Shown piece by piece: positions 9,955 through 18,053 of a stretch of DNA of 64,000 nt. Position numbers and translations under genes: made by a program. This DNA comes from Nannocystales bacterium (lineage in GTDB: Bacteria; Myxococcota_A; Polyangia; Nannocystales; Nannocystaceae), in assembly GCA_038325765.1 (NCBI GenBank), contig JBBQJI010000013.1, positions 66,522-130,521 on the forward strand. Direction: 5' to 3'. Under the pieces are notes generated by a model. That model saw only the letters and a list, made by a program, of their open reading frames with translations, made no database searches and had not been told where the DNA came from. Positions within the stretch are counted from its first letter, which is position 1. Every line of letters begins with the position of its first letter.

Positions 9955-11256
9955 ATGAAGGTCAGCGTCATCGGAACAGGGTACGTGGGTCTAGTCGCCG
10001 CCGCCGGATTCGCGGAGCACGGCAACGATGTGGTCTGCGCCGACATCGACGAAGAGAAGATCGCGCGGCTCCGTCGCGGCGAGATTCCGATCTTCGAGCC
10101 GGGTCTCGACGTCCTCGTCGAGCGCAACACGGCCGCGGGCCGTCTGCGTTTCACCACCAGCAACCAGGAGGCCGCGGGCCACGGCGAGGTCATCATCATG
10201 GCCGTCGGCACCCCGTCGGCGCCCGATGGTTCGGCGAACCTCGCCTTCCTCTTCGAGGCCGCCCGCGACATCGCCCGGCACCTCACCCATGGCGTGGTCG
10301 TCGTCAACAAGAGCACGGTACCGGTCGGCACTGCCGAGCGCGTGGCCCGGATCATGTCCGAGCTCACCACCCATCCCATCGTCGTGGCCTCGAACCCTGA
10401 GTTCCTCAAGGAGGGCACGGCCGTCGACGACTTCCTGTACCCCGATCGCGTCGTCATCGGCACCGAAGACGAGGCTGCCCGCGACCTGCTCACGCGCCTG
10501 TACCGGCCGTTCCTACGCCAGAGCGATCGCATGGTGTACATGGACGCGCGCTCTGCCGAGGTCACCAAGTACGCATGCAACGCGTATCTCGCGACCCGCG
10601 TGTCGTTCGTCAACGACATCGCGAATCTCTGTGACCTGGTCGGGGCCGACGTCGAGCGGGTACGCACGGGCATGGGCACTGACCCCCGCATCGGCAGCAA
10701 GTTCCTGTACCCGGGCGTCGGCTACGGCGGTTCGTGCTTCCCCAAGGACACCCGCGCCCTGCTCGACACCGCCCGCGCCCATGGCCTGTCGCTGAGCCTG
10801 GTCGCCGCCGCCGAGCGCATCAACGAGGCGCAGAAGCTCCTGCTGGTGCGCAAGGCCCGGCAGATGTGCGGCGATTTCGCCGGCAAGACGTTCGCCCTGT
10901 GGGGTCTGGCGTTCAAGCCGAACACCGACGATGTCCGCGAGGCGCCAGCACTGCGGATCGCCCGGGCCCTGCTCACCGATGGCGCCCAGATCCGCATCCA
11001 CGATCCCGAGGCCGGCAAGAACTTCCTCGACGAACTCGACATCACCGACGGCGTCACGCTGGTCGACGACATGTACGAGACCGCCAAGGGTGCACACGCG
11101 CTGCTGCTCGTCACCGAGTGGCGGCAGTTCCGGTCCCCCGACTTCGAGCGCCTCCGCGAGCTGATGGCAGAGCCGGTGCTGCTCGACGGGCGCAACCAGT
11201 GGGATCGCGCGCAGGTCGAGGCCGCCGGCTTCCGCTACGCCGGCGTCGGTCGCTGA
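9955..11256 (+). CDS. ugd: UDP-glucose 6-dehydrogenase
   Basis: MKVSVIGTGYVGLV Rossmann start, GGSCFPKD catalytic-Cys motif, and typical length of 433 aa. Confidence 0.92.
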   Translation: MKVSVIGTGYVGLVAAAGFAEHGNDVVCADIDEEKIARLRRGEIPIFEPGLDVLVERNTAAGRLRFTTSNQEAAGHGEVIIMAVGTPSAPDGSANLAFLFEAARDIARHLTHGVVVVNKSTVPVGTAERVARIMSELTTHPIVVASNPEFLKEGTAVDDFLYPDRVVIGTEDEAARDLLTRLYRPFLRQSDRMVYMDARSAEVTKYACNAYLATRVSFVNDIANLCDLVGADVERVRTGMGTDPRIGSKFLYPGVGYGGSCFPKDTRALLDTARAHGLSLSLVAAAERINEAQKLLLVRKARQMCGDFAGKTFALWGLAFKPNTDDVREAPALRIARALLTDGAQIRIHDPEAGKNFLDELDITDGVTLVDDMYETAKGAHALLLVTEWRQFRSPDFERLRELMAEPVLLDGRNQWDRAQVEAAGFRYAGVGR

Positions 11257-11293
11257 CCTTCACATCCTGCCCGCGGCAGGCGGCACACCTGCG

Positions 11294-11324
11294 AGAGGGC
11301 GAGCACCACCGGTGCCCGCCCTCT
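11294..11324. terminator. Strong GC hairpin in the convergent gap after ugd
   Basis: agagggcgagcacc-acc-ggtgcccgccctct forms a 14-bp stem with one mismatch, followed by tgcaatttcg. It lies between convergent genes, so it may act in both directions. Confidence 0.5.
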
Positions 11325-11352
11325 TGCAATTTCGCCGCCCGCAAACGTGGCG

Positions 11353-11871
11353 CTAGTCCTGCCACTCCGAGCCAGCGTCGAGCTCCGTCGAGAAGTCGAC
11401 GATCCGCGGCGCGCCGTCGTACGTGGGGAACGGCGCGCTGTCGACCGCCTCCTTGACGCACATCTCGAGTTCGTCGTCCTGGTCGTGCTTGCTCGAGATC
11501 GAGGCGTTGATGCCCAGCGGCTGCGAGTTCTTGGGGTTGAGCTTGACGCTGATCGAGATCTCCCCATCGAGCTGCTTGTCGGCCGACATGCCCTTGCGCT
11601 CCTTGTAAGCGGCGACGCAGGCGTCCATGCCGTCGAAGGAGGCGTTGAAGGCGGTGCGGATCGCGTAGTCGTCGGGCATCTCGCCACCGCCACCGCCGTC
11701 GCCGAAGTCGAAGCCGATGTCGGCGTTGGGGTCGAAGGCCTGGATGCTGGCCTTGACGGTGCGGTTGCTCTTGCGTCCCTTCTCGACGCCTTTGCAGCCG
11801 ACCACGGAGGCCGCCACCATCACGCCGAGGGTCATCGCACCGAGGGTCCGAAGGGTCTTGCGCGGGTTCAT
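11353..11871 (-). CDS. Lipoprotein with AgmX/PglI-type (TonB-C-like) C-terminal domain
   Basis: Only the 3-prime 519 nt of ORF 11353..13155 is used. ATG at 11871 gives MNPRKTLRTLGAMTLGVMVAASVVGC (lipobox). The tail is FDGMDACVAAY...DGEISISVKL...MCVKEAVDSAPFPTYDG. Confidence 0.7.
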   Translation of the reverse strand: MNPRKTLRTLGAMTLGVMVAASVVGCKGVEKGRKSNRTVKASIQAFDPNADIGFDFGDGGGGGEMPDDYAIRTAFNASFDGMDACVAAYKERKGMSADKQLDGEISISVKLNPKNSQPLGINASISSKHDQDDELEMCVKEAVDSAPFPTYDGAPRIVDFSTELDAGSEWQD

Positions 11872-11982
11872 CGTCTGGTTTGCCTCTCGCCGATCCTGAA
11901 TGTTAGCGTACCGCTGGGGCGGCGGTGGTTTCCCCAGACGGCGCCTGCTCCACGAATATTCCGGGGACAGACCCCCTGCCCC

Positions 11983-13167
11983 ATGATCGAGGCGACCTTG
12001 TCCGACCTCCACCCCCATGTGTCGGCCCAGTGTCCCGCCTGTGGACTCCACGAGCTCGTGGTCGTCCCGTTGCGGATGCGTCCCGACGGGAACTGGGTGC
12101 AGACCGACCAGAAACGCTGGTTCGAGCGGTCTGCGCCCGAGGATACGTTGGCGCGCGCCGTTCAGATCGACGCCTGCCCGGTGTGTTTCGGGGCGTGGTT
12201 CGACGCCGGCGAGCTCGACACCCTCGCCGGGGCGTTGGGGGACGTCGAGACGATCCTCGAGGATGCCGATGGGCCGTGCCGGCGGGGGTGTGTCCACGGT
12301 CACGGACCGATGGAAGAGCACCGGCTGCCGGGGATCATCTCGACGCCGGTCGAGCGCTGCCCCACCTGCGGCGGCCTGTGGCTCGACGGCAACGAGCGCC
12401 GCAAGCTCGCGGCCGCGTCCACCAGCGAGGGTCAGGGCACGAAGACCGAGCGATGGTTCAAGCGCGGCGCCATCTGGGCGGCGCAGGTCCTCACCCACCT
12501 GCCGGTCGAGGTCGACAACCCCGCGCGCGGCACTCCGTGGATGGTGTTCATCGCGCTCGTCGTCTTCGTCGGCATCTTCATCGGCCAGGAGCTGCTGCTG
12601 ATCGACACCGAGCACTACGGAATCGTCCCCGGGCGGCTGAAGATCGAGCACGACGTCTCGACCCTGTTCACGTACATGTTCTTGCACGGCAGTTGGGCGC
12701 ACCTGCTGGGCAACGCCTACTTCCTCTACACGTTCGGCGACAACATCGAGCATCTGTTCGGGCGGGTGCGGTTCGCGATCTTCTTCGTCGTGACCGGGAT
12801 CATCGCCGGGGTGGTGCACGTGTGGCTGACCAAGAAGACCGCCACACCGATCGTCGGCGCATCCGGTTCGATCGCGGGGGTGCTCGCCGCCTATCTGTGG
12901 GCGTTCCCGCGGCAGCGCCTGTTCCAGGTGATTCTGTGGATCCAGGTCAAGATCCCGGTGTGGGCCTACCTCTTCGTGTGGGTCGGCTTCCACATCCTCA
13001 TGGGGTTCTGGGGCACGGGCACGGGCGTCGAGGGCGTGGCGTGGTTCGCCCACCTCGGCGGATTCCTCGTCGGCATCGCCGTGGCGCCGCTGATGCTCGC
13101 GATCCGGCGCCGCGAGGTCGCACGGCGCGTGCGGGTCCCGTGGACGCCGCGGCACCCGGCGACGTGA
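11983..13167 (+). CDS. Rhomboid-family intramembrane serine protease with two N-terminal zinc-ribbon modules
   Basis: Rhomboid motifs HGSWAHLLGN, GASGSIAG (Ser) and AHLGGFLVG (His). The N-terminus has CPACG...CPVCFGAWFDAGELDTL and CPTCGGLWLDGNERRKL (zf-TFIIB-type). Start at ATG 11983. Confidence 0.85.
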   Translation: MIEATLSDLHPHVSAQCPACGLHELVVVPLRMRPDGNWVQTDQKRWFERSAPEDTLARAVQIDACPVCFGAWFDAGELDTLAGALGDVETILEDADGPCRRGCVHGHGPMEEHRLPGIISTPVERCPTCGGLWLDGNERRKLAAASTSEGQGTKTERWFKRGAIWAAQVLTHLPVEVDNPARGTPWMVFIALVVFVGIFIGQELLLIDTEHYGIVPGRLKIEHDVSTLFTYMFLHGSWAHLLGNAYFLYTFGDNIEHLFGRVRFAIFFVVTGIIAGVVHVWLTKKTATPIVGASGSIAGVLAAYLWAFPRQRLFQVILWIQVKIPVWAYLFVWVGFHILMGFWGTGTGVEGVAWFAHLGGFLVGIAVAPLMLAIRRREVARRVRVPWTPRHPAT

Positions 13168-13210
13168 GCCCTCGGGGTTCCGCGACGAGTCACCTCCGCA
13201 ACGTCAGCGG

Positions 13211-13252
13211 CGTGATCAGCCCGTGATCAGCCCGTGATCAGCCCGTGATCAG
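13211..13252. repeat. 11-bp tandem repeat (cgtgatcagcc) x3.8
   Basis: Direct reading of the sequence. Each unit carries the palindrome TGATCA. It lies in the convergent gap between the rhomboid and yggX genes and is followed by a 10-bp duplication aggcgcga(ct/tc). Confidence 0.9.
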
Positions 13253-13268
13253 GCGCGACTAGGCGCGA

Positions 13269-13583
13269 TCAGGCGGCCGGCGTGCCGCCCTCGCCGCCCT
13301 CGCCGCCGTCGGTGGGCTTCCAGGCAGTCGACGCCAACTCGCCCTGGTCGAACCCGAAGTACACGCGCATCTGCTGGCGCAGGAACTCCTTGCCCTTGTC
13401 GGTCTGCAGATCGACACCGTAGGTGTTGATGTAGCGCGGCGACTCCTTGAGCCACATCTGCCACGCCTGGAGGCTGACCTTGTCGTAGAGTTCCTGACCG
13501 AACGAATCGGTGAAGGGACGGAACGGCAGGCCGGGCAGCTCCTGCTCGAGCTTCTTGCAGAACACCATGCGCGGCTGGTTCAT
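13269..13583 (-). CDS. yggX: Fe(2+)-trafficking / oxidative-damage protection protein YggX family
   Basis: MNQPRMVFCKKLEQELPGL...PGELGQ-like segment, LYDKVSLQAWQMWLKESPRYINTY and LRQQMRVYF are typical of YggX. Start at ATG 13583. Confidence 0.8.
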   Translation of the reverse strand: MNQPRMVFCKKLEQELPGLPFRPFTDSFGQELYDKVSLQAWQMWLKESPRYINTYGVDLQTDKGKEFLRQQMRVYFGFDQGELASTAWKPTDGGEGGEGGTPAA

Positions 13584-13670
13584 CGCGTAATCCGGGCCGC
13601 AGGATACGACGGCGCACCGGGCGAGGCAACGCCCCGGCCTCGGATCCACCGTTTGCGCCGCCGGTGGGCG

Positions 13671-13726
13671 CTCCGTCCTTCCTGGGGGACCGGGCCGGCC
13701 CCCTCCCAATCGCTCTCGCTCTCTCA
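13671..13726 (-). repeat. Short inverted copy of the REP-like element seen at 47439..47690
   Basis: The reverse complement reads TGAGAGAGCGAGAGCGATTGGGAGGGGGCCGGCCCGGTCCCCCAGGAAGGACGGAG. It starts at the glyQS stop codon and matches the ends of the 47.4-kb unit, but lacks the first hairpin. Confidence 0.75.
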
Positions 13727-15313
13727 GGCCTCGGCGAGGGCCTTGCGCACCACGTCGAGCGCAGTGCCGATCGGGATGCGCACCTGGCTGCGATCGTCGC
13801 GATTGCGCAGGGTCACGGTGCGATCCTCGAGCGTCTGGGTGTCCACGGTGATCGCGTAGGGCGTGCCGATCTCGTCGTGGCGCGCGTAGCGGCGACCGAT
13901 GGCGTGCTGCTCGTCGTACTTGGCGTTGATGCCGGCGGCGAGGAACGACGCGACGATCTCGCGGGCGACCTCGGGCATGCCGTCCTTCTTGACCAGGGGC
14001 AAGATCGCGGCCTTGATCGGCGCCAGCCGTGGGTGTAGCCGCAGCACGGTGCGCCCGCCCTTGCCCTCGGCATCAGCGGGCTCCTCGGCGTAGGCGTCGC
14101 AGAGCAGCGCGAGCAGGCCGCGCGTCGCACCGGCGGCGGGCTCGATGACGTGCGGCATGATGTGCCAACCCGTCTTGCCGGTCTCCGGATCGGTGGCCTC
14201 CTGATCGAACAGGGTGAGCTTCTTGCCGGACTCGCGGCTATGCGCGTCGAGATCGTAGTCGGTGCGGCTGGCGACGCCCTCGAGCTCGTCCCAACCCCAC
14301 GGGAACAGGTACTCGATGTCGTAGCAGCCGTCGCTGTAGTGGGCGAGCTCGTCCGGGCCGTGGGGGCGCAGCCGCAGGTTCTCGGGGCGGATGCCGAGCG
14401 ACGTCCACCAGCGCAGGCGCTCGTTCTTCCAGTACTCGAGCCACTTGGGGCCTTCGCCTGGCATCACGAAGAACTCCATTTCCATCTGCTCGAACTCGCA
14501 GGAGCGGAAGATGAACTTCTCGACCTTGACCTCGTTGCGGAAGCTCTTGCCCATCTGGGCGATTCCAAACGGCAGCTTGAGACCCATGCTCTGCTGCACG
14601 TTGAGGAAGTTGACGAACATCGCCTGCGCGGTCTCGGGGCGCAGATAGACGGCGCTCTCGGCCACCGCCGCGTCTACGCGGCTGCGCAAGGTGGCGTCGT
14701 CGACACCTTCGGCGAGGGCGCGGCGCACGACGTCGACCATGTCGCCGACCGGATCGACGGGGCCGAGGTTGGTGCGGAACATCAGGTTGAACTGGCGTTC
14801 GTCGCTGAGAAACGGCGAGCCGCAGTTGGGGCACGCGTAGCCGCGCGGATCACCGAAGGCGCCGCGGAGGTCCTTGCCGTCTCTGGTGAGCGTGACGCCG
14901 AGCGTCTTCTCGGCGCGCTCGAGCGCGGTCTTGGCCCGCTCTTTGTCGGCGAGGGTGATCGGCGCCGGGCTGCCGGGCTCGAGGCGCGGGGCCTTGTCGG
15001 CACGGAAGCGCTCGCCGCAGAGCTTGCAGTCGACCAGCGGGTCCGAAAAGTTGGCGAGGTGGCCGCTGGCCTGCCACACGCGCGGATGCATGATGATCGA
15101 CGCGTCGATGCCGACGATGTCCTCGCGCGCATGCACCATCGCTCGCCACCACTCGGCCATCAGGTTGCGCTTGAGCTCGGCGCCCATAGGGCCGTAGTCG
15201 TAGGCGCTGCGCAGGCCGCCGTAGATCTCCGAGCTCTGGAACACGAAGCCGCGTCGCTTGCACAGCGAGACGACCTTCTGCAGCGTATCGGTGGACTCGG
15301 CAGCCTGCGACAT
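13724..15313 (-). CDS. glyQS: Glycine--tRNA ligase (dimeric class II GlyQS type)
   Basis: VVSLCKRRGFVFQSSEIYGGLRSAYDYGPMG and the RPETAQ and FRNE motifs. The full length of 529 aa is typical. Confidence 0.93.
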   Translation of the reverse strand: MSQAAESTDTLQKVVSLCKRRGFVFQSSEIYGGLRSAYDYGPMGAELKRNLMAEWWRAMVHAREDIVGIDASIIMHPRVWQASGHLANFSDPLVDCKLCGERFRADKAPRLEPGSPAPITLADKERAKTALERAEKTLGVTLTRDGKDLRGAFGDPRGYACPNCGSPFLSDERQFNLMFRTNLGPVDPVGDMVDVVRRALAEGVDDATLRSRVDAAVAESAVYLRPETAQAMFVNFLNVQQSMGLKLPFGIAQMGKSFRNEVKVEKFIFRSCEFEQMEMEFFVMPGEGPKWLEYWKNERLRWWTSLGIRPENLRLRPHGPDELAHYSDGCYDIEYLFPWGWDELEGVASRTDYDLDAHSRESGKKLTLFDQEATDPETGKTGWHIMPHVIEPAAGATRGLLALLCDAYAEEPADAEGKGGRTVLRLHPRLAPIKAAILPLVKKDGMPEVAREIVASFLAAGINAKYDEQHAIGRRYARHDEIGTPYAITVDTQTLEDRTVTLRNRDDRSQVRIPIGTALDVVRKALAEA

Positions 15314-15354
15314 GCCGCGGGGGATAGCACGGATGCGGCCGGAGGGTCGAGCCG

Positions 15355-17247
15355 TCAGCGCCCTGCGGCGAGCAGCACGGGCGGAGGTGGGATTGGGGTA
15401 CCGAACTGGTCCTGGATCTGGTCCGGGATCTGGTCCGGGATCTGGTCCGGGATTTGGCCCTGGATCTGGTCCGGGATTTGGCCCTGGATTTGGCGGGCGA
15501 CCAGCCGCGCGTACTGGCCACCTCTGGCCATCAACGCGTTGTGCGTGCCCTGCTCGACGATACGGCCGCCGTCGAGCACGACGATGCGGTCGCAGTTGCG
15601 GATGGTGCTCAGACGGTGGGCGACGACCAGCGTGGTGCGCCCGCGCTGCAGCCGCTCGAGGGCGGCCTGGACCAGGCCCTCGCTCTCGGCGTCGAGCGCG
15701 GACGTGGCCTCGTCGAGGATCAGCACCCGTGGATCGCGGAGCACGGCGCGGGCGATCGCGATGCGCTGTCGCTGGCCGCCGCTGAGTTGGACGCCGCGCT
15801 CGCCCACCGGCGTGTCGTAGCCCTGGGGGAACGCGCGGATGAATGCGTCGGCGTTGGCCTGGATGGCGGCGTGCTCGATCTCGGCATCGTTGGCCTCGAG
15901 ACGGCCGTAGCGGATGTTGTCGCGGATGGTGCCGGTGAACAGCACCGGCTCCTGCGCGACGATCGCCATGTGTCCGCGCACCGAGGCGAGCTGCAGCTCG
16001 CGGAGGTCATGGCCGTCGAGCAGCACGCGGCCGCCCAGCGGATCGTAGAACCGCGCGACCAGCCGCACGATCGTGGTCTTGCCCGAGCCGCTCGAGCCGA
16101 CCAGGGCCACCGACTCGCCCGGGGCGATGTCGAGGTCGATGCCGTGCAGCACCGGGGTCTGGCGATCGCCGTACGCGAACTCGACACCCTCGAGCCGCAG
16201 CGCGCCCTGCACCGTGGGCAGCGGCCGTGCGTCTGGCGCGTCCGCGATCTCGGGGGTGGTGTCGAGGATCTCGAAGATGCGCGCGGTGGCGCCGAGGGTC
16301 GACTGGATCGAGGCCCACAGCTCGGTCATGGCGCTGATCGCCCCGGCCACGAGCATCGTGTAGAGGATGAACTCGGTGAGATCGCCGGCCGTGATGTCGC
16401 CGGCGACGACCATGCGACCGCCGAGCCAGAACACCGCAGCGATGCTCGAGAACGCGAAGAAGCTCGACACCGACCAGAACCAGCTGCGGGCCAAGGCCTG
16501 GCGCACGAACAGCGAGTAGGTGACGGCGATGCCGGCCTCGTAGCCAGTGTTCTCGTGGGACTCGCGGGTGAAGCCCTGCACGGTATCGATGGCGGCGATG
16601 CGCTCTTGCGCCTCGCCGCTGACCTTGGCGAGCTGGTCTTGGGTCTGGCGGGCGAGCGCGCGGATCTTGCGACCCCAAAAGCGCGCGGCGATCGACATCG
16701 GCGGCACCACGGCGAGCATCACAAGCGTCAGCCACGGGTTGGTGAAGGCCAAGATCGCGATGCCGCCGATGAGCGTGAGGCCGTTGCGCAGCGCCATGCT
16801 GAGATCGGTGCCGACCGTGTTCTGCACGCGGGCCACGTCGTCGGACAGCCGCGACAGCAGCTCGCCGGTGCGCTTGCGGTGGAAGAACGACTGCGGCATC
16901 GACAGCAGGTGGCGATAGACGCGGACGCGCATGTCGGCGACGACGTGCTCGCCGACCCAGCTCATGAGGTAGTGGCGGAAGAAGACGAACACCGCCTGCA
17001 GCGCGAACACCAGCACCAGCACGATGCTCGAGCGATCGAGGTCGGTCACATCGCGGTCGGAGAACGCAGCATCGATGACGTCGCCGAAGTACGCCGGGTA
17101 CAGCAGACCCAGGCCGCTGGCGCCGAGCAGGAAGAAGATCGCCAGGGCCAGGCGCGCGCGGTACGGTCGGGCGTAACCGAACACACGGCGGATACGCTCG
17201 CCCGCGTCGATTCGGGCCTCGATCGGGGTCTCGTCGTGATCCGCCAT
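15355..17247 (-). CDS. ABC exporter, fused permease/ATPase (ABCB/MsbA-like) with repetitive C-terminal tail
   Basis: Six-TM N-terminal half. Walker A GSSGSGKTT, signature LSGGQRQR, Walker B ILILDEATSALD. An extra ~45 aa tail reads QIQGQIPDQIQGQIPDQIPDQIPDQIQDQ. Confidence 0.9.
   Translation of the reverse strand: MADHDETPIEARIDAGERIRRVFGYARPYRARLALAIFFLLGASGLGLLYPAYFGDVIDAAFSDRDVTDLDRSSIVLVLVFALQAVFVFFRHYLMSWVGEHVVADMRVRVYRHLLSMPQSFFHRKRTGELLSRLSDDVARVQNTVGTDLSMALRNGLTLIGGIAILAFTNPWLTLVMLAVVPPMSIAARFWGRKIRALARQTQDQLAKVSGEAQERIAAIDTVQGFTRESHENTGYEAGIAVTYSLFVRQALARSWFWSVSSFFAFSSIAAVFWLGGRMVVAGDITAGDLTEFILYTMLVAGAISAMTELWASIQSTLGATARIFEILDTTPEIADAPDARPLPTVQGALRLEGVEFAYGDRQTPVLHGIDLDIAPGESVALVGSSGSGKTTIVRLVARFYDPLGGRVLLDGHDLRELQLASVRGHMAIVAQEPVLFTGTIRDNIRYGRLEANDAEIEHAAIQANADAFIRAFPQGYDTPVGERGVQLSGGQRQRIAIARAVLRDPRVLILDEATSALDAESEGLVQAALERLQRGRTTLVVAHRLSTIRNCDRIVVLDGGRIVEQGTHNALMARGGQYARLVARQIQGQIPDQIQGQIPDQIPDQIPDQIQDQFGTPIPPPPVLLAAGR
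15406..15489. repeat. 12-bp tandem repeat x7 inside the ABC exporter 3-prime end
   Basis: Units are ctggtcc(t/g)ggat or ttggccctggat, read directly. They encode QIPD/QIQG tetrapeptides on the minus strand. Confidence 0.9.
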
Positions 17248-17352
17248 GCTCGACTGCGGACGGTAGCACGGCCGATCGAGTTACCCCCTCCGGCCGCGGC
17301 GCGCCGCCCGATCGGGCGGGTGCCCGGGTAGCCACTGCCAGAGCCGTTTGCT

Positions 17353-18042
17353 ATGGTCCGCGCCGTGCAGCGGAGCGGTCCCGGGTTCGAAGTCAGCTAT
17401 CGTCGTCACCTCGCGGTGGAGCAGCGTCGCGCGGTGCTCGACGCCCTCGCCCGATCGTTCGCGCCCGACGCCACAGTGGGCGAGATCGTAGACGCGGCCG
17501 CCGCCCTGGGCTGGGCTGACCTGGGGGAGCTGTCGCTCTCGGATCTCGCCGACGCCTTGCTCTCCCCGGAGGCCGCCGCCGCGCAGCGGAGCGCCGTTGC
17601 GGCGGCAGAGTCGGACGACGACGACAACGTGGTCAGCGACGACGACGACGCGGACAGCGACGCGGACGACGACGGCGACGGCGACGGCGACGGCGAGGAG
17701 GCCCCCGAGCCTGCGTCCGCCCGCGGCGCGAAGGCTACGGCCAAGGCCACGGTCCCTGCGCCCGAAGCTGCCGTCGCCACGGCACAGCCCGCAAAACCGG
17801 CCAAGCGCAAGGTCGGCAAGCCGACGAAGATCTCGCTCGACGAGCGCATGAGCCTCGACGAGGCCGCCGCAGTGCTGCTGCCGCTGGTGCGCCAGATCGG
17901 TGAGGCGACGATGCAACAGCTCGAGCAGTCCACCGCGGGCGCCGGGCGCCGCAAGCTGCGATTTCACATCGGCCAGCTCGTGAAAAATGGCCGACTCGCG
18001 CGCCACGGCATGGGCCGGGGCACGTACTACACGCTCAGCTGA
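17353..18042 (+). CDS. Hypothetical protein: N-terminal helical domain, poly-acidic tract, Lys/Ala-rich linker, C-terminal winged-helix-like domain
   Basis: Coding-like composition. Acidic run ESDDDDNVVSDDDDADSDADDDGDGDGDGEE. The C-terminus LRFHIGQLVKNGRLARHGMGRGTYYTLS resembles wHTH tails. Confidence 0.55.
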   Translation: MVRAVQRSGPGFEVSYRRHLAVEQRRAVLDALARSFAPDATVGEIVDAAAALGWADLGELSLSDLADALLSPEAAAAQRSAVAAAESDDDDNVVSDDDDADSDADDDGDGDGDGEEAPEPASARGAKATAKATVPAPEAAVATAQPAKPAKRKVGKPTKISLDERMSLDEAAAVLLPLVRQIGEATMQQLEQSTAGAGRRKLRFHIGQLVKNGRLARHGMGRGTYYTLS

Positions 18043-18053
18043 GCGGGTGCCAC

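Noticed and set aside
11872-13155. Upstream 428 aa of the 600-aa minus ORF 11353..13155
   Set aside because: Only the last 172 aa, from ATG 11871, look like a protein (signal peptide plus lipobox). The remainder is antisense to the rhomboid gene, which has clear catalytic motifs.
15258-15785. Plus-strand ORF encoding a GSGPGSGPGSGPG repeat protein
   Set aside because: It is the antisense reading of the 12-bp repeat in the ABC exporter tail. The exporter frame is continuous with a canonical NBD.
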